Assembly (NCBI RefSeq): GCF_009914755.1
Contig: NC_060933.1
Length of the DNA: 64,000 nucleotides
Origin: the human T2T-CHM13v2.0 reference genome, Homo sapiens
Direction: 5' to 3' (one strand)
Part shown: positions 27,932 to 41,900 of the stretch, piece by piece
Position numbering within the stretch: the first letter of the stretch is position 1
Layout of the letters: each line of letters begins with the position of its first letter
Notes under the pieces: model-generated
What the model was told of the DNA's origin: nothing
The model's input: only the letters and a program-made list of their open reading frames with translations
The model's database searches: none
Position numbers and translations under genes: made by a program

Positions 27932-30700
27932 GGAAACAACACGAATGGAATGGAATATAATAGAGTGTAAGGGAATTGAATGGAATCAATCCGAATGTAA
28001 TGGAATGGAATGGAAAGGAATGGAATGGAATGGAATGGAATGGAATGGAATCAACCCGAGTGTAATGGAATGGAATCGAAAGGAATGGAAAGGAATGGAA
28101 TGGATTCAACTCGATTGCAATGGAATGGAATAGAATGGAATGGAATGGAATGGAATTAACCCGAATAGAATGGAATGGAATGGAATGGAACGCAACGGAA
28201 CGGAATGGAATGGAATGGAATGGAATGGAATGGAATGGAATGGAATGGTATGGAATGGAATGGAATGGTGCAGAATAGAATGGAATGGAACGAATTGGAA
28301 TGGAATGGAATCGAATGGAATGGAATGGAATGGAATGGAATCAACCCGAGTGCAGTGGAATGTAATGGAACGGAATGCAATGGAAAGGAATCATCCGCAA
28401 TGGAATGGAATGGAATGGAATGGAATCAACCCGAGTGCTTTGGAATGGAGTGGAATGGAATGGAATGGAATGTAAACAACCCGAATGGAATGGAATATAA
28501 TGGAGTGTAAGGGAATTGAATGGAATCAATCCGAATGCAATGGAATGGAATGGAAAGGAATGGAATTGAATGGAATGGAATGGAATGGAATCAACCCGAG
28601 TGTAATGGAATGGAATCGAAAGGAATGGAAAGCAATGGAATGGATTCAACACCAATGTAATGGAAAGGAATGGAATCAACCTGAGTGGAATGGCATGGAA
28701 TGGAATGGAAAGGAATGGAATGGAATGGTACAGAACGGAATGGATTGGAACGAAATGGAATGGAATGGAATGGAATGGAATGGAATCAACTCGATTGCAA
28801 TGGAATGGAATGGAATGGAATGGAATAGTATGGAAGGGAATTAACCCGAATAGATTGGAATGGAATGGAAAGGAATCAACGCGAGTACAGGGGAATGGAA
28901 TGGAATGGAATGCAATGGAATGGAATCATCCGTAAAGGAATGGAAAGGAATGGAATGGAATGGAATGGAATAGAATAGAATGGAATGGAATGGAATCAAC
29001 TCGATTGCAATAGAATGGAATGGAATGCAATTAACCCGAATAGAATGGAATGGAATGGAATGGAACGGAACGGAATGGAATAGAATGGAATGGAATGGAA
29101 TGGAATGGAACGGAACGGAACGGAATGAAATGGAATGGAATGGAATGGAATGGAATCAACGCGAGTGCAGGGGAATGGAATGGAATGAAATGCAATGGAA
29201 TGGAATCTTCCGGAATGGAATGGAATGGAATGGAATGGAATGGATTCAACTCGATTGCAATGGAATGGAATGGAATGGAATGGAATGGAATGGAATGGAA
29301 TTAACACGAATAGAATGGAATGGAATGGAATGGAAAGGAAGGTAATGGAATGGAATGGAATGGAATCAACCCGAGTGCAGGGGAATGGAATGGAATGGAA
29401 TGCAATGGAATGGAATCACCCGGAATGGAATGCAATGGAATGGAATGGAATGCAATGGAATGGAATCATCCGGAATGGATTGGAATGGAATGGAATGGAA
29501 TGGAATGGAATGGAATGGAATGGAATCAACTCGATTCCAATGGAATGGAATGTAATAGAACGGAATGGAATTAACACGAATAGAATGGAATGGAATGGAA
29601 TGGAACGGAACGGAATGGAATGGAATGGAATGGAATGGACTGGAATGGAATCAACCCGAATAGAATGGAATGTAATGGAATGGAACGGAACGGAACTGAA
29701 TGGAATGGAATGCCATGGAATGGAATGGAATGATATGGAATGGAATGGAATGGTACGGAATAGAATGGAATGGAACAAATTGGAATGGAATGGAATCGAA
29801 TGGAATGGAATGGAATCAACCCGAGTGCTGGGGAATGTAATGGAACGGAATGCAATGGAATGGAATCATCTGGAATGGAATGGAATGGAATGGAATCAAC
29901 CCGAGTGCAATGGAATGGAGTGGAATGGAATGGAATGGAATGTAAACAACCCGAATGGAATGGAATATACTGAGTGTAAGGGAATTGAATGGAATCAATC
30001 CGAATGTAATGGAATGGAATGGAAAGGAATGGAATGGAATGGAATGGAATTGAATGGAATCAACCCGAGTGTAATGGAATGGAATCGAAAGGAATGGAAA
30101 GGAATGGAATGGATTCAACTCGACTGCAATGGAATGGAATAGAATGGAATGGAATGGAATGGAATGGAATGGAATGGAATGGAATTAACCCGAATAGAAT
30201 GGAATGGAATGGAATGGAATGGACTGGAATGGAATCAACGCGAGTGCAGGGGAATGGAATGGAATGGAATGCAATGGAATGGAATCTTCTGGAATGGAAT
30301 GGAATGGAATGGAATGGAATGAAATGCAATGGATTCAACTCGATTGCAATGGAATGGAATAGAATGGAATGGAATGGAATGGAATGGAATTAACCGGAAT
30401 AGAATGGAATGGAATGGAACGGAATGGAACGGAATGGAATGGAATGGAATGGAATGGAATGGAATGGTATTGAATGGAATGGAATGGTACGGAATAGAAT
30501 GGAATGGAACGAATTGTAATGGAATGGAATTGAATGCAATGGAATGGAATGGAATGGAATCAACGCGAGTGCAGGGGAATGTAATGGAACGGAATGCAAT
30601 GGAATGGAATCATCCGGAATGGAATGGAATGGAATGGAATGGAATGGAATGGAATCAACCCGAGTGCAATGGAATGGAGTGGAATGGAATGGAATGGAAT
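27932..30700 (+). repeat. HOR copy 2 (2769 bp; private 1-bp deletion near 29971)
   Basis: Starts at GGAAACAACACGAAT (27932); TGCTTT at 28436; ATACTGAGT instead of ATACTGGAGT at ~29967-29975. Confidence 0.9.
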
Positions 30701-33440
30701 GTAAACAACACGAATGGAATGGAATATAATAGAGTGTAAGGGAATTGAATGGAATCAATCCGAATGTAATGGAATGGAATGGAAAGGAATGGAATGGAAT
30801 GGAATGGAATGGAATGGAATCAACCCGAGTGTAATGGAATGGAATCGAAAGGAATGGAAAGGAATGGAATGGATTCAACTCGATTGCAATGGAATGGAAT
30901 AGAATGGAATGGAATGGAATGGAATTAACCCGAATAGAATGGAATGGAATGGAATGGAACGCAACGGAACGGAATGGAATGGAATGGAATGGAATGGAAT
31001 GGAATGGAATGGTATGGAATGGAATGGAATGGTGCGGAATAGAATGGAATGGAACGAATTGGAATGGAATGGAATCGAATGGAATGGAATGGAATGGAAT
31101 GGAATCAACCCGAGTGCAGTGGAATGTAATGGAACGGAATGCAATGGAATGGAATCATCCGCAATGGAATGGAATGGAATGGAATGGAATCAACCCGAGT
31201 GCTTTGGAATGGAGTGGAATGGAATGGAATGGAATGTAAACAACCCGAATGGAATGGAATATAATGGAGTGTAAGGGAATTGAATGGAATCAATCCGAAT
31301 GCAATGGAATGGAATGGAAAGGAATGGAATTGAATGGAATGGAATGGAATGGAATCAACCCGAGTGTAATGGAATGGAATCGAAAGGAATGGAAAGCAAT
31401 GGAATGGATTCAACACCAATGTAATGGAAAGGAATGGAATCAACCTGAGTGGAATGGCATGGAATGGAATGGAAAGGAATGGAATGGAATGGTACAGAAC
31501 GGAATGGATTGGAACGAAATGGAATGGAATGGAATGGAATGGAATGGAATCAACTCGATTGCAATGGAATGGAATGGAATGGAATGGAATAGTATGGAAG
31601 GGAATTAACCCGAATAGATTGGAATGGAATGGAAAGGAATCAACGCGAGTACAGGGGAATGGAATGGAATGGAATGCAATGGAATGGAATCATCCGTAAA
31701 GGAATGGAAAGGAATGGAATGGAATGGAATGGAATGGAATAGAATAGAATGGAATGGAATGGAATCAACTCGATTGCAATAGAATGGAATGGAATGCAAT
31801 TAACCCGAATAGAATGGAATGGAATGGAATGGAACGGAACGGAATGGAATAAAATGGAATGGAATGGAATGGAATGGAATGGAACGGAACGGAACGGAAT
31901 GAAATGGAATGGAATGGAATGGAATGGAATCAACGCGAGTGCAGGGGAATGGAATGGAATGAAATGCAATGGAATGGAATTTTCCGGAATGGAATGGAAT
32001 GGAATGGAATGGAATGGATTCAACTCGATTGCAATGGAATGGAATGGAATGGAATGGAATGGAATGGAATGGAATGGAATTAACACGAATAGAATGGAAT
32101 GGAAAGGAAAGGAAGGTAATGGAATGGAATGGAATGGAATCAACCCGAGTGCAGGGGAATGGAATGGAATGGAATGCAATGGAATGGAATGGAATGCAAT
32201 GGAATGGAATCATCCGGAATGGAATGGAATGGAATGGAATGGAATGGAATGGAATGGAATCAACTCGATTCCAATGGAATGGAATGGAATAGAACGGAAT
32301 GGAATTAACACGAATGGAATGGAATGGAATGGAATGGAACGGAACGGAATGGAATGGAATGGAATGGAATGGACTGGAATGGAATCAACCCGAATAGAAT
32401 GGAATGAAATGGAATGGAACGGAACGGAACTGAATGGAATGGAATGCCCTGGAATGGAATGGAATGATATGGAATGGAATGGAATGGTACGGAATAGAAT
32501 GGAATGGAACAAATTGGAATGGAATGGAATCGAATGGACTGGAATGGAATCAACCCGAGTGCAGGGGAATGTAATGGAACGGAATGCAATGGAATGGAAT
32601 CATCTGGAATGGAATGGAATGGAATGGAATCAACCCGAGTGCAATGGAATGGAGTGGAATGGAATGGAATGGAATGTAAACAACCCGAATGGAATGGAAT
32701 ATACTGGAGTGTAAGGGAATTGAATGGAATCAATCCGAATGTAATGGAATGGAATGGAAAGGAATGGAATGGAATGGAATGGAATTGAATGGAATCAACC
32801 CGAGTGTAATGGAATGGAATCGAAAGTAATGGAAAAGAATGGAATGGATTCAACTCGACTGCAATGGAATGGAATAGAATGGAATGGAATGGAATGGAAT
32901 GGAATGGAATGGAATGGAATTAACCCGAATAGAATGGAATGGAATGGAATGGAATGGACTGGAATGGAATCAACGCGAGTGCAGGGGAATGGAACGGAAT
33001 GGAATGCAATGGAATGGAATCTTCTGGAATGGAATGGAATGGAATGGAATGGAATGAAATGCAATGGATTCAACTCGATTGCAATGGAATGGAATAGAAT
33101 GGAATGGAATGGAATGGAATGGAATTAACCCGAATAGAATGGAATGGAATGGAACGGAATGGAACGGAATGGAATGGAATGGAATGGAATGGAATGGAAT
33201 GGAATGGAATGGTATTGAATGGAATGGAATGGTACGGAATAGAATGGAATGGAACGAATTGTAATGGAATGGAATTGAATGCAATGGAATGGAATGGAAT
33301 GGAATCAACGCGAGTGCAGGGGAATGTAATGGAACGGAATGCAATGGAATGGAATCATCCGGAATGGAATGGAATGGAATGGAATGGAATGGAATCAACC
33401 CGAGTGCAATGGAATGGAGTGGAATGGAATGGAATAGAAT
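30701..33440 (+). repeat. HOR copy 3 (2740 bp)
   Basis: Starts at GTAAACAACACGAAT (30701); TGCTTT at 31200; lacks the first of the paired CATCC motifs (~32180-32215). Confidence 0.9.
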
Positions 33441-36235
33441 GTAAACAACACGAATGGAATGGAATATAATAGAGTGTAAGGGAATTGAATGGAATCAATC
33501 CGAATGTAATGGAATGGAATGGAAAGGAATGGAATGGAATGGAATGGAATGGAATGGAATCAACCCGAGTGTAATGGAATGGAATCGAAAGGAATGGAAA
33601 GGAATGGAATGGATTCAACTCGATTGCAATGGAATGGAATAGAATGGAATGGAATGGAATGGAATTAACCCGAATAGAATGGAATGGAATGGAATGGAAC
33701 GCAACGGAACGGAATGGAATGGAATGGAATGGAATGGAATGGAATGGAATGGTATGGAATGGAATGGAATGGTGCGGAATAGAATGGAATGGAACGAATT
33801 GGAATGGAATGGAATCGAATGGAATGGAATGGAATGGAATGGAATCAACCCGAGTGCAGTGGAATGTAATGGAACGGAATGCAATGGAATGGAATCATCC
33901 GCAATGGAATGGAATGGAATGGAATGGAATCAACCCGAGTGCTTTGGAATGGAGTGGAATGGAATGGAATGGAATGTAAACAACCCGAATGGAATGGAAT
34001 ATAATGGAGTGTAAGGGAATTGAATGGAATCAATCCGAATGCAATGGAATGGAATGGAAAGGAATGGAATTGAATGGAATGGAATGGAATGGAATCAACC
34101 CGAGTGTAATGGAATGGAATCGAAAGGAATGGAAAGCAATGGAATGGATTCAACACCAATGTAATGGAAAGGAATGGAATCAACCTGAGTGGAATGGCAT
34201 GGAATGGAATGGAAAGGAATGGAATGGAATGGTACAGAACGGAATGGATTGGAACGAAATGGAATGGAATGGAATGGAATGGAATGGAATCAACTCGATT
34301 GCAATGGAATGGAATGGAATGGAATGGAATAGTATGGAAGGGAATTAACCCGAATAGATTGGAATGGAATGGAAAGGAATCAAAGCGAGTACAGGGGAAT
34401 GGAATGGAATGGAATGCAATGGAATGGAGTCATCCGTAAAGGAATGGAAAGGAATGGAATGGAATGGAATGGAATGGAATAGAATAGAATGGAATGGAAT
34501 GGAATCAACTCGATTGCAATAGAATGGAATGGAATGCAATTAACCCGAATAGAATGGAATGGAATGGAATGGAATGGAACGGAACGGAATGGAATAGAAT
34601 GGAATGGAATGGAATGGAATGGAATGGAACGGAACGGAACGGAATGAAATGGAATGGAATGGAATGGAATGGAATCAACGCGAGTGCAGGGGAATGGAAT
34701 GGAATGAAATGCAATGGAATGGAATTTTCCGGAATGGAATGGAATGGAAAGGAATGGAATGGATTCAACTCGATTGCAATGGAATGGAATGGAATGGAAT
34801 GGAATGGAATGGAATGGAATGGAATGGAATTAACACGAATAGAATGGAATGGAATGGAATGGAAAGGAAGGTAATGGAATGGAATGGAATGGAATCAACC
34901 CGAGTGCAGGGGAATGGAATGGAATGGAATGCAATGGAATGGAATCACCCGGAATGGAATGCAATGGAATGGAATGGAATGCAATGGAATGGAATCATCC
35001 GGAATGGAATGGAATGGAATGGAATGGAATGGAATGGAATGGAATGGAATGGAATCAACTCGATTCCAATGGAATGGAATGGAATAGAACGGAATGGAAT
35101 TAACACGAATAGAATGGAATGGAATGGAATGGAACGGAACGGAATGGAATGGAATGGAATGGAATGGACTGGAATGGAATCAACCCGAATAGAATGGAAT
35201 GTAATGGAATGGAACGGAACGGAACTGAATGGAATGGAATGCCCTGGAATGGAATGGAATGATATGGAATGGAATGGAATGGTACGGAATAGAATGGAAT
35301 GGAACAAATTGGAATGGAATGGAATCGAATGGAATGGAATGGAATCAACCCGAGTGCAGGGGAATGTAATGGAACGGAATGCAATGGAATGGAATCATCT
35401 GGAATGGAATGGAATGGAATGGAATCAACCCGAGTGCAATGGAATGGAGTGGAATGGAATGGAATGGAATGTAAACAACCCGAATGGAATGGAATATACT
35501 GGAGTGTAAGGGAATTGAATGGAATCAATCCGAATGTAATGGAATGGAATGGAAAGGAATGGAATGGAATGGAATGGAATTGAATGGAATCAACCCGAGT
35601 GTAATGGAATGGAATCGAAAGGAATGGAAAGGAATGGAATGGATTCAACTCGACTGCAATGCAATGGAATAGAATGGAATGGAATGGAATGGAATGGAAT
35701 GGAATGGAATGGAATGGAATTAACCCGAATAGAATGGAATGGAATGGAATGGAATGGACTGGAATGGAATCAACGCGAGTGCAGGGGAATGGAATGGAAT
35801 GGAATGCAATGGAATGGAATCTTCTGGAATGGAATGGAATGGAATGGAATGGAATGAAATGCAATGGATTCAACTCGATTGCAATGGAATGGAATAGAAT
35901 GGAATGGAATAGAATGGAATGGAATTAACCCGAATAGAATGGAATGGAATGGAACGGAATGGAACGGAATGGAATGGAATGGAATGGAATGGAATGGAAT
36001 GGAATGGTATTGAATGGAATGGAATGGTACGGAATAGAATGGAATGGAACGAATTGTAATGGAATGGAATTGAATGCAATGGAATGGAATGGAATGGAAT
36101 CAACGCGAGTGCACGGGAATGTAATGGAACGGAATGCAATGGAATGGAATCATCCGGAATGGAATGGAATGGAATGGAATGGAATGGAATCAACCCGAGT
36201 GCAATGGAATGGAGTGGAATGGAATGGAATGGAAT
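33441..36235 (+). repeat. HOR copy 4 (2795 bp)
   Basis: Starts at GTAAACAACACGAAT (33441); TGCTTT at 33940; TTTCC at 34726; CACCC at 34946. Confidence 0.9.
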
Positions 36236-38995
36236 GTAAACAACACGAATGGAATGGAATATAATAGAGTGTAAGGGAATTGAATGGAATCAATCCGAAT
36301 GTAATGGAATGGAATGGAAAGGAATGGAATGGAATGGAATGGAATGGAATGGAATCAACCCGAGTGTAATGGAATGGAATCGAAAGGAATGGAAAGGAAT
36401 GGAATGGATTCAACTCGATTGCAATGGAATGGAATAGAATGGAATGGAATGGAATGGAATTAACCCGAATAGAATGGAATGGAATGGAATGGAACGCAAC
36501 GGAACGGAATGGAATGGAATGGAATGGAATGGAATGGAATGGAATGGTATGGAATGGAATGGAATGGTGCGGAATAGAATGGTATGGAAAGAATTGGAAT
36601 GGAATGGAATCGAATGGAATGGAATGGAATGGAATGGAATCAACCCGAGTGCAGTGGAATGTAATGGAACGGAATGCAATGGAATGGAATCATCCGCAAT
36701 GGAATGGAATGGAATGGAATGGAATCAACCCGAGTGCTTTGGAATGGAGTGGAATGGAATGGAATGGAATGTAAACAACCCGAATGGAATGGAATATAAT
36801 GGAGTGTAAGGGAATTGAATGGAATCAATCCGAATGCAATGGAATGGAATGGAAAGGAATGGAATTGAATGGAATGGAATGGAATGGAATCAACCCGAGT
36901 GTAATGGAATGGAATCGAAAGGAATGGAAAGCAATGGAATGGATTCAACACCAATGTAATGGAAAGGAATGGAATCAACCCGAGTGGAATGGCATGGAAT
37001 GGAATGGAAAGGAATGGAATGGAATGGTACAGAACGGAATGGATTGGAACGAAATGGAATGGAATGGAATGGAATGGAATGGAATCAACTCGATTGCAAT
37101 GGAATGGAATGGAATGGAATGGAATAGTATGGAAGGGAATTAACCCGAATAGATTGGAATGGAATGGAAAGGAATCAACGCGAGTACAGGGGAATGGAAT
37201 GGAATGGAATGCAATGGAATGGAATCATCCGTAAAGGAATGGAAAGGAATGGAATGGAATGGAATGGAATGGAATAGAATAGAATGGAATGGAATGGAAT
37301 CAACTCGATTGCAATAGAATGGAATGGATTGCAATTAACCCGAATAGAATGGAATGGAATGGAATGGAACGGAACGGAATGGAATAGAATGGAATGGAAT
37401 GGAATGGAATGGAACGGAACGGAACGGAATGAAATGGAATGGAATGGAATGGAATGGAATCAACGCGAGAGCAGGGGAATGGAATGGAATGAAATGCAAT
37501 GGAATGGAATCTTCCGGAATGGAATGGAATGGAATGGAATGGATTGGATTCAACTCGATTGCAATGGAATGGAATGGAATGGAATGGAATGGAATGGAAT
37601 GGAATTAACACGAATAGAATGGAATGGAATGGAATGGAAAGGAAGGTAATGGAATGGAATGGAATGGAATCAACCCGAGTGCAGGGGAATGGAATGGAAT
37701 GGAATGCAATGGAATGGAATCATCCGGAATGGAATGCAATGGAATGGAATGGAATGCAATGGAATGGAATCATCCGGAATGGAATGGAATGGAATGGAAT
37801 GGAATGGAATGGAATCAACTCGATTCCAATGGAATGGAATGGAATAGAACGGAATGGAATTAACACGAATAGAATGGAATGGAATGGAATGGAACGGAAC
37901 GGAATGGAATGGAATGGAATGGAATGGACTGGAATGGAATCAACCCGAATAGAATGGAATGGAATGGAATGGAACGGAACGGAACTGAATGGAATGAAAT
38001 GCAATGGAATGGAATGGAATGGTATGGAATGGAATGGAATGGAATGGTAAGGAATAGAATGGAATGGAACAAATTGGAATGGAATGGAATCGAATGGAAT
38101 GGAATGGAATCAACCCGAGTGCAGGGGAATGTAATGGAACGGAATGCAATGGAATGGAATCATCTGGAATGGAATGGAATGGAATGGAATCAACCCGAGT
38201 GCAATGGAATGGAGTGGAATGGAATGGAATGGAATGTAAACAACCCGAATGGAATGGAATATACTGGAGTGTAAGGGAATTGAATGGAATCAATCCGAAT
38301 GTAATGGAATGGAATGGAAAGGAATGGAATGGAATGGAATGGAATTGAATGGAATCAACCCGAGTGTAATGGAATGGAATCGAAAGGAATGGAAAGGAAT
38401 GGAATGGATTCAACTCGACTGCAATGGAATGGAATAGAATGGAATGGAATGGAATGGAATGGAATGGAATGGAATGGAATAGAATTAACCCGAATAGAAT
38501 GGAATGGAATGGAATGGAATGGACTGGAATGGAATCAACGCGAGTGCAGGGGAATGGAGTGGAATGGAATGCAATGGAATGGAATCTTCTGGAATGGAAT
38601 GGAATGGAATGGAATGGAATGAAATGCAATGGATTCAACTCGATTGCAATGGAATGGAATAGAATGGAATGGAATGGAATGGAATGGAATTAACCCGAAT
38701 AGAATGGAATGGAATGGAACGGAATGGAACGGAATGGAATGGAATGGAATGGAATGGAATGGAATGGTATTGAATGGAATGGAATGGTACGGAATAGAAT
38801 GGAATGGAACGAATTGTAATGGAATGGAATTGAATGCAATGGAATGGAATGGAATGGAATCAACGCGAGTGCAGGGTAATGTAATGGAACGGAATGCAAT
38901 GGAATGGAATCATCCGGAATGGAATGGAATGGAATGGAATGGAATGGAATCAACCCGAGTGCAATGGAATGGAGTGGAATGGAATGGAATGGAAT
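36236..38995 (+). repeat. HOR copy 5 (2760 bp)
   Basis: Starts at GTAAACAACACGAAT (36236); TGCTTT at 36735; runs out into the A-type GGAACAACCCGAAT at 38996. Confidence 0.9.
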
Positions 38996-41900
38996 GGAAC
39001 AACCCGAATGGAACGGAATGTAATGGAGAGTAAGGGAGTTGAATAGAATCAATCCGAATGTAATGGAATGGAATGCAACGGAATGGAATGGAATGGAAAG
39101 GAATGGAATGCAATGGAATGGAATCAACCCGAGTACAATGGAATGGAATGGAATGGAATGGAATGGAATGGAATGGAATGGAATGGAATGCCTTAAATCC
39201 GAATGGAATGGAAAGGAATGGAATCAACACGAGTGGAATGGAATGGAATGGAATGGAATGGAATGGAATGATACGGAATAGAATGGAATGGAACGAAGTG
39301 GAATGGAATGGAATGGAATGGAATGGAATGGAATGGAATCGTTCCGAGTGGAATAGGAGGGAATGTATTCGAGTGGAATGGAAAGGAATGGAATCAACCA
39401 GAGTGGAATGGAAGGGAATGGAATGGAATGGAAACTAATAGAATGGAATCAACCCGAGTGGAATGGAATGGAAAGGACTGGAATGGAATGGAATGGAATG
39501 GAATGGAATGGAATCAACTCGATTGTAATGGAATGGAATGGAATGGAATGGAATGGAATGGAATGGAATGGAATGGAATGGAATCGTTCCGAGTGGAATA
39601 GGAGGGAATGTATTCGAGTGGAATGGAAAGGAATGGAATCAACCAGACTGGAATGGAAGGGAATGGAATGGAATGGAAACTAATAGAATGTAATCAACTC
39701 GATTGTAATGGAATGGAATGGAAAGGAATGGAATGGAAGGAATTAAGCCGAATACAATGGAATGGAATGGAATGGAACGGAATGGAGTGGAATGGAATGG
39801 AATCAACCCGAGTGCAGGGGAATGGAGTGGAATGGAATGCAATGGAATGGAACAACCCGAATGGAATGGAATGGAATGGAAACTACCCGAAATGAATGGA
39901 ATGTAATGGAGTGTATGGGAATTGAATAGAATCAATCCGAATGTAATGGAATGGAATGGAACGGAATGGAATGAAATGGAATGGAATGGAATGGAATGGA
40001 ATGGAATGCAATGGAATGGAATCAACCCGAGTGCAATTGAATGGAATCGAATGGAATGGAATGCAATGGAATGGATTCAACTTGAATGGAATGGAAAGAA
40101 TGGAATCAACACGAGTAGAATAGCATGGATTGGAATGGAATCAACCCGATTACAGGGGAATGGAATGGAATGGAATGGAATGCAATGGAATGGAATCTTC
40201 CGTAATGGAATGGAAAGGAATGGAATGGAATGGAATGGAATGGAATGGAATCAACTAGATTGCAATCGAATGGAATGGAATGGAATTAACCCGAATAGAA
40301 TGGAATGGAATGGAATGGAACGGAACGGAATGGAATGGAATGGAATGGAACGGAACGGAATGGAATGGAAAGGAATGGAATGGAATGGAATGGACTGGAA
40401 TGGAATCAACGCGAGTGCAGTGGAAAGGAATGGAATGGAATGCAATGGAATGGTATGTTCCGGAAAGGAATGGAATGGAATGGAATGGAATGGAATGGAA
40501 TGCAATGCATTCAACTCGATTGCAATGGAATGGAATAGAATGGAATGGAATGGAATGGAAAGGAATGGAATCAACCCGAATAGAATGGAATGGAATGGAA
40601 TGGAACGGAACGGAATGGAACGGAACGGAATGGATTGGAATGCAATGGAATGGAATGGAATGGTATGGAATGGAATGGAATGGTACGGAATAGAATGGAA
40701 TGGAACGAATTGGAATGGAATGGAATCGAATGGAATAGAATGGAATCAACCCGAGTGCAGGGGAATGTAATGGAACGGAATGCAATGGAATGGAATCATC
40801 CGGAATGGAATGGAATGGAATGGAATGGAATCAACCCGAGTGCAATGGAATGGAGTGTAATGGAATGGAATGGAATGTAAACAACCCGAATGGAATGGAA
40901 TATAATGGAGTGTAAGGGAATTGAATGGAATCAATCCGAATGTAATGGAATGGAATGGAAAGGAATGGAATGGAATGGAATGGAATGGAATGGAATGGAA
41001 TGGAATCCACCCGAGTGTAATGGAATGGAATCGAAAGGAATGGAAAGGAATGGAATGGATTCAACTCGATTGCAATGGAATGGAATAGAATGGAATGGAA
41101 TGGAATGGAATGGAATGGAATGGAATTAACCCGAATAGAATGGAATGGAATGGAATGGAACGCAACGGAACGGAATGGAATGGAATGGATTGGAATGGAA
41201 TGGAATGGAATGGAATGGTGCGGAATAGAATGGAATGAAACGAATTGGAATGGAATGGAATCGAATGGAATGGAATGGAATGGAATGGAATCAACCCGAG
41301 TGCAGTGGAATGTAATGGAACGGAATGCAATGGAATGGAATCATCCGCAATGGAATGGAATGGAATGGAATGGAATCAACCCGAGTGCAATGGAATGGAG
41401 TGGAATGGAATGGAATGTAAACAACCCGAATGGAATGGAATATAATATAGTGTAAGGGAATTGAATGGAATCAATCCGAATGCAATGGAATGGAATGGAA
41501 AGGAATGGAATTGAATGGAATGGAATGGAATGGAATCAACCCGAGTGTAATGGAATGGAATCGAAAGGAATGGAAAGGAATGGAATGGATTCAACACCAA
41601 TGCAATGGAAAGGAATGGAATCAACCCGAGTGGAATGGCATGGAATGGAATGGAAAGGAATGGAATGGAATGGTACAGAACGGAATGGATTGGAACGCAA
41701 TGGAATGGAACGGAATGGAATGGAATGGAATGGAATGGAATGGAATCAACTCGATTGCAATGGAATGGAATGGAATGGAATGGAATGGAATAGAATGGAA
41801 GGGAATTAACCCGAATAGATTGGAATGGAATGGAATACAATCAACCCGAGTACAGGGGAATGGAATGGAATGGAATGCAATGGAATGGAATCATCCGTAA

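Larger units (their letters stand above)
25167..38995 (+). repeat. Five-copy tandem higher-order repeat, unit ~2.76 kb
   Basis: The unique marker TGCTTTGG occurs at 25671, 28436, 31200, 33940 and 36735 (spacings 2765, 2764, 2740, 2795). The ORF track repeats a near-identical 112-aa minus-strand translation at 25576, 28341, 31105, 33845 and 36640. Confidence 0.95.
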
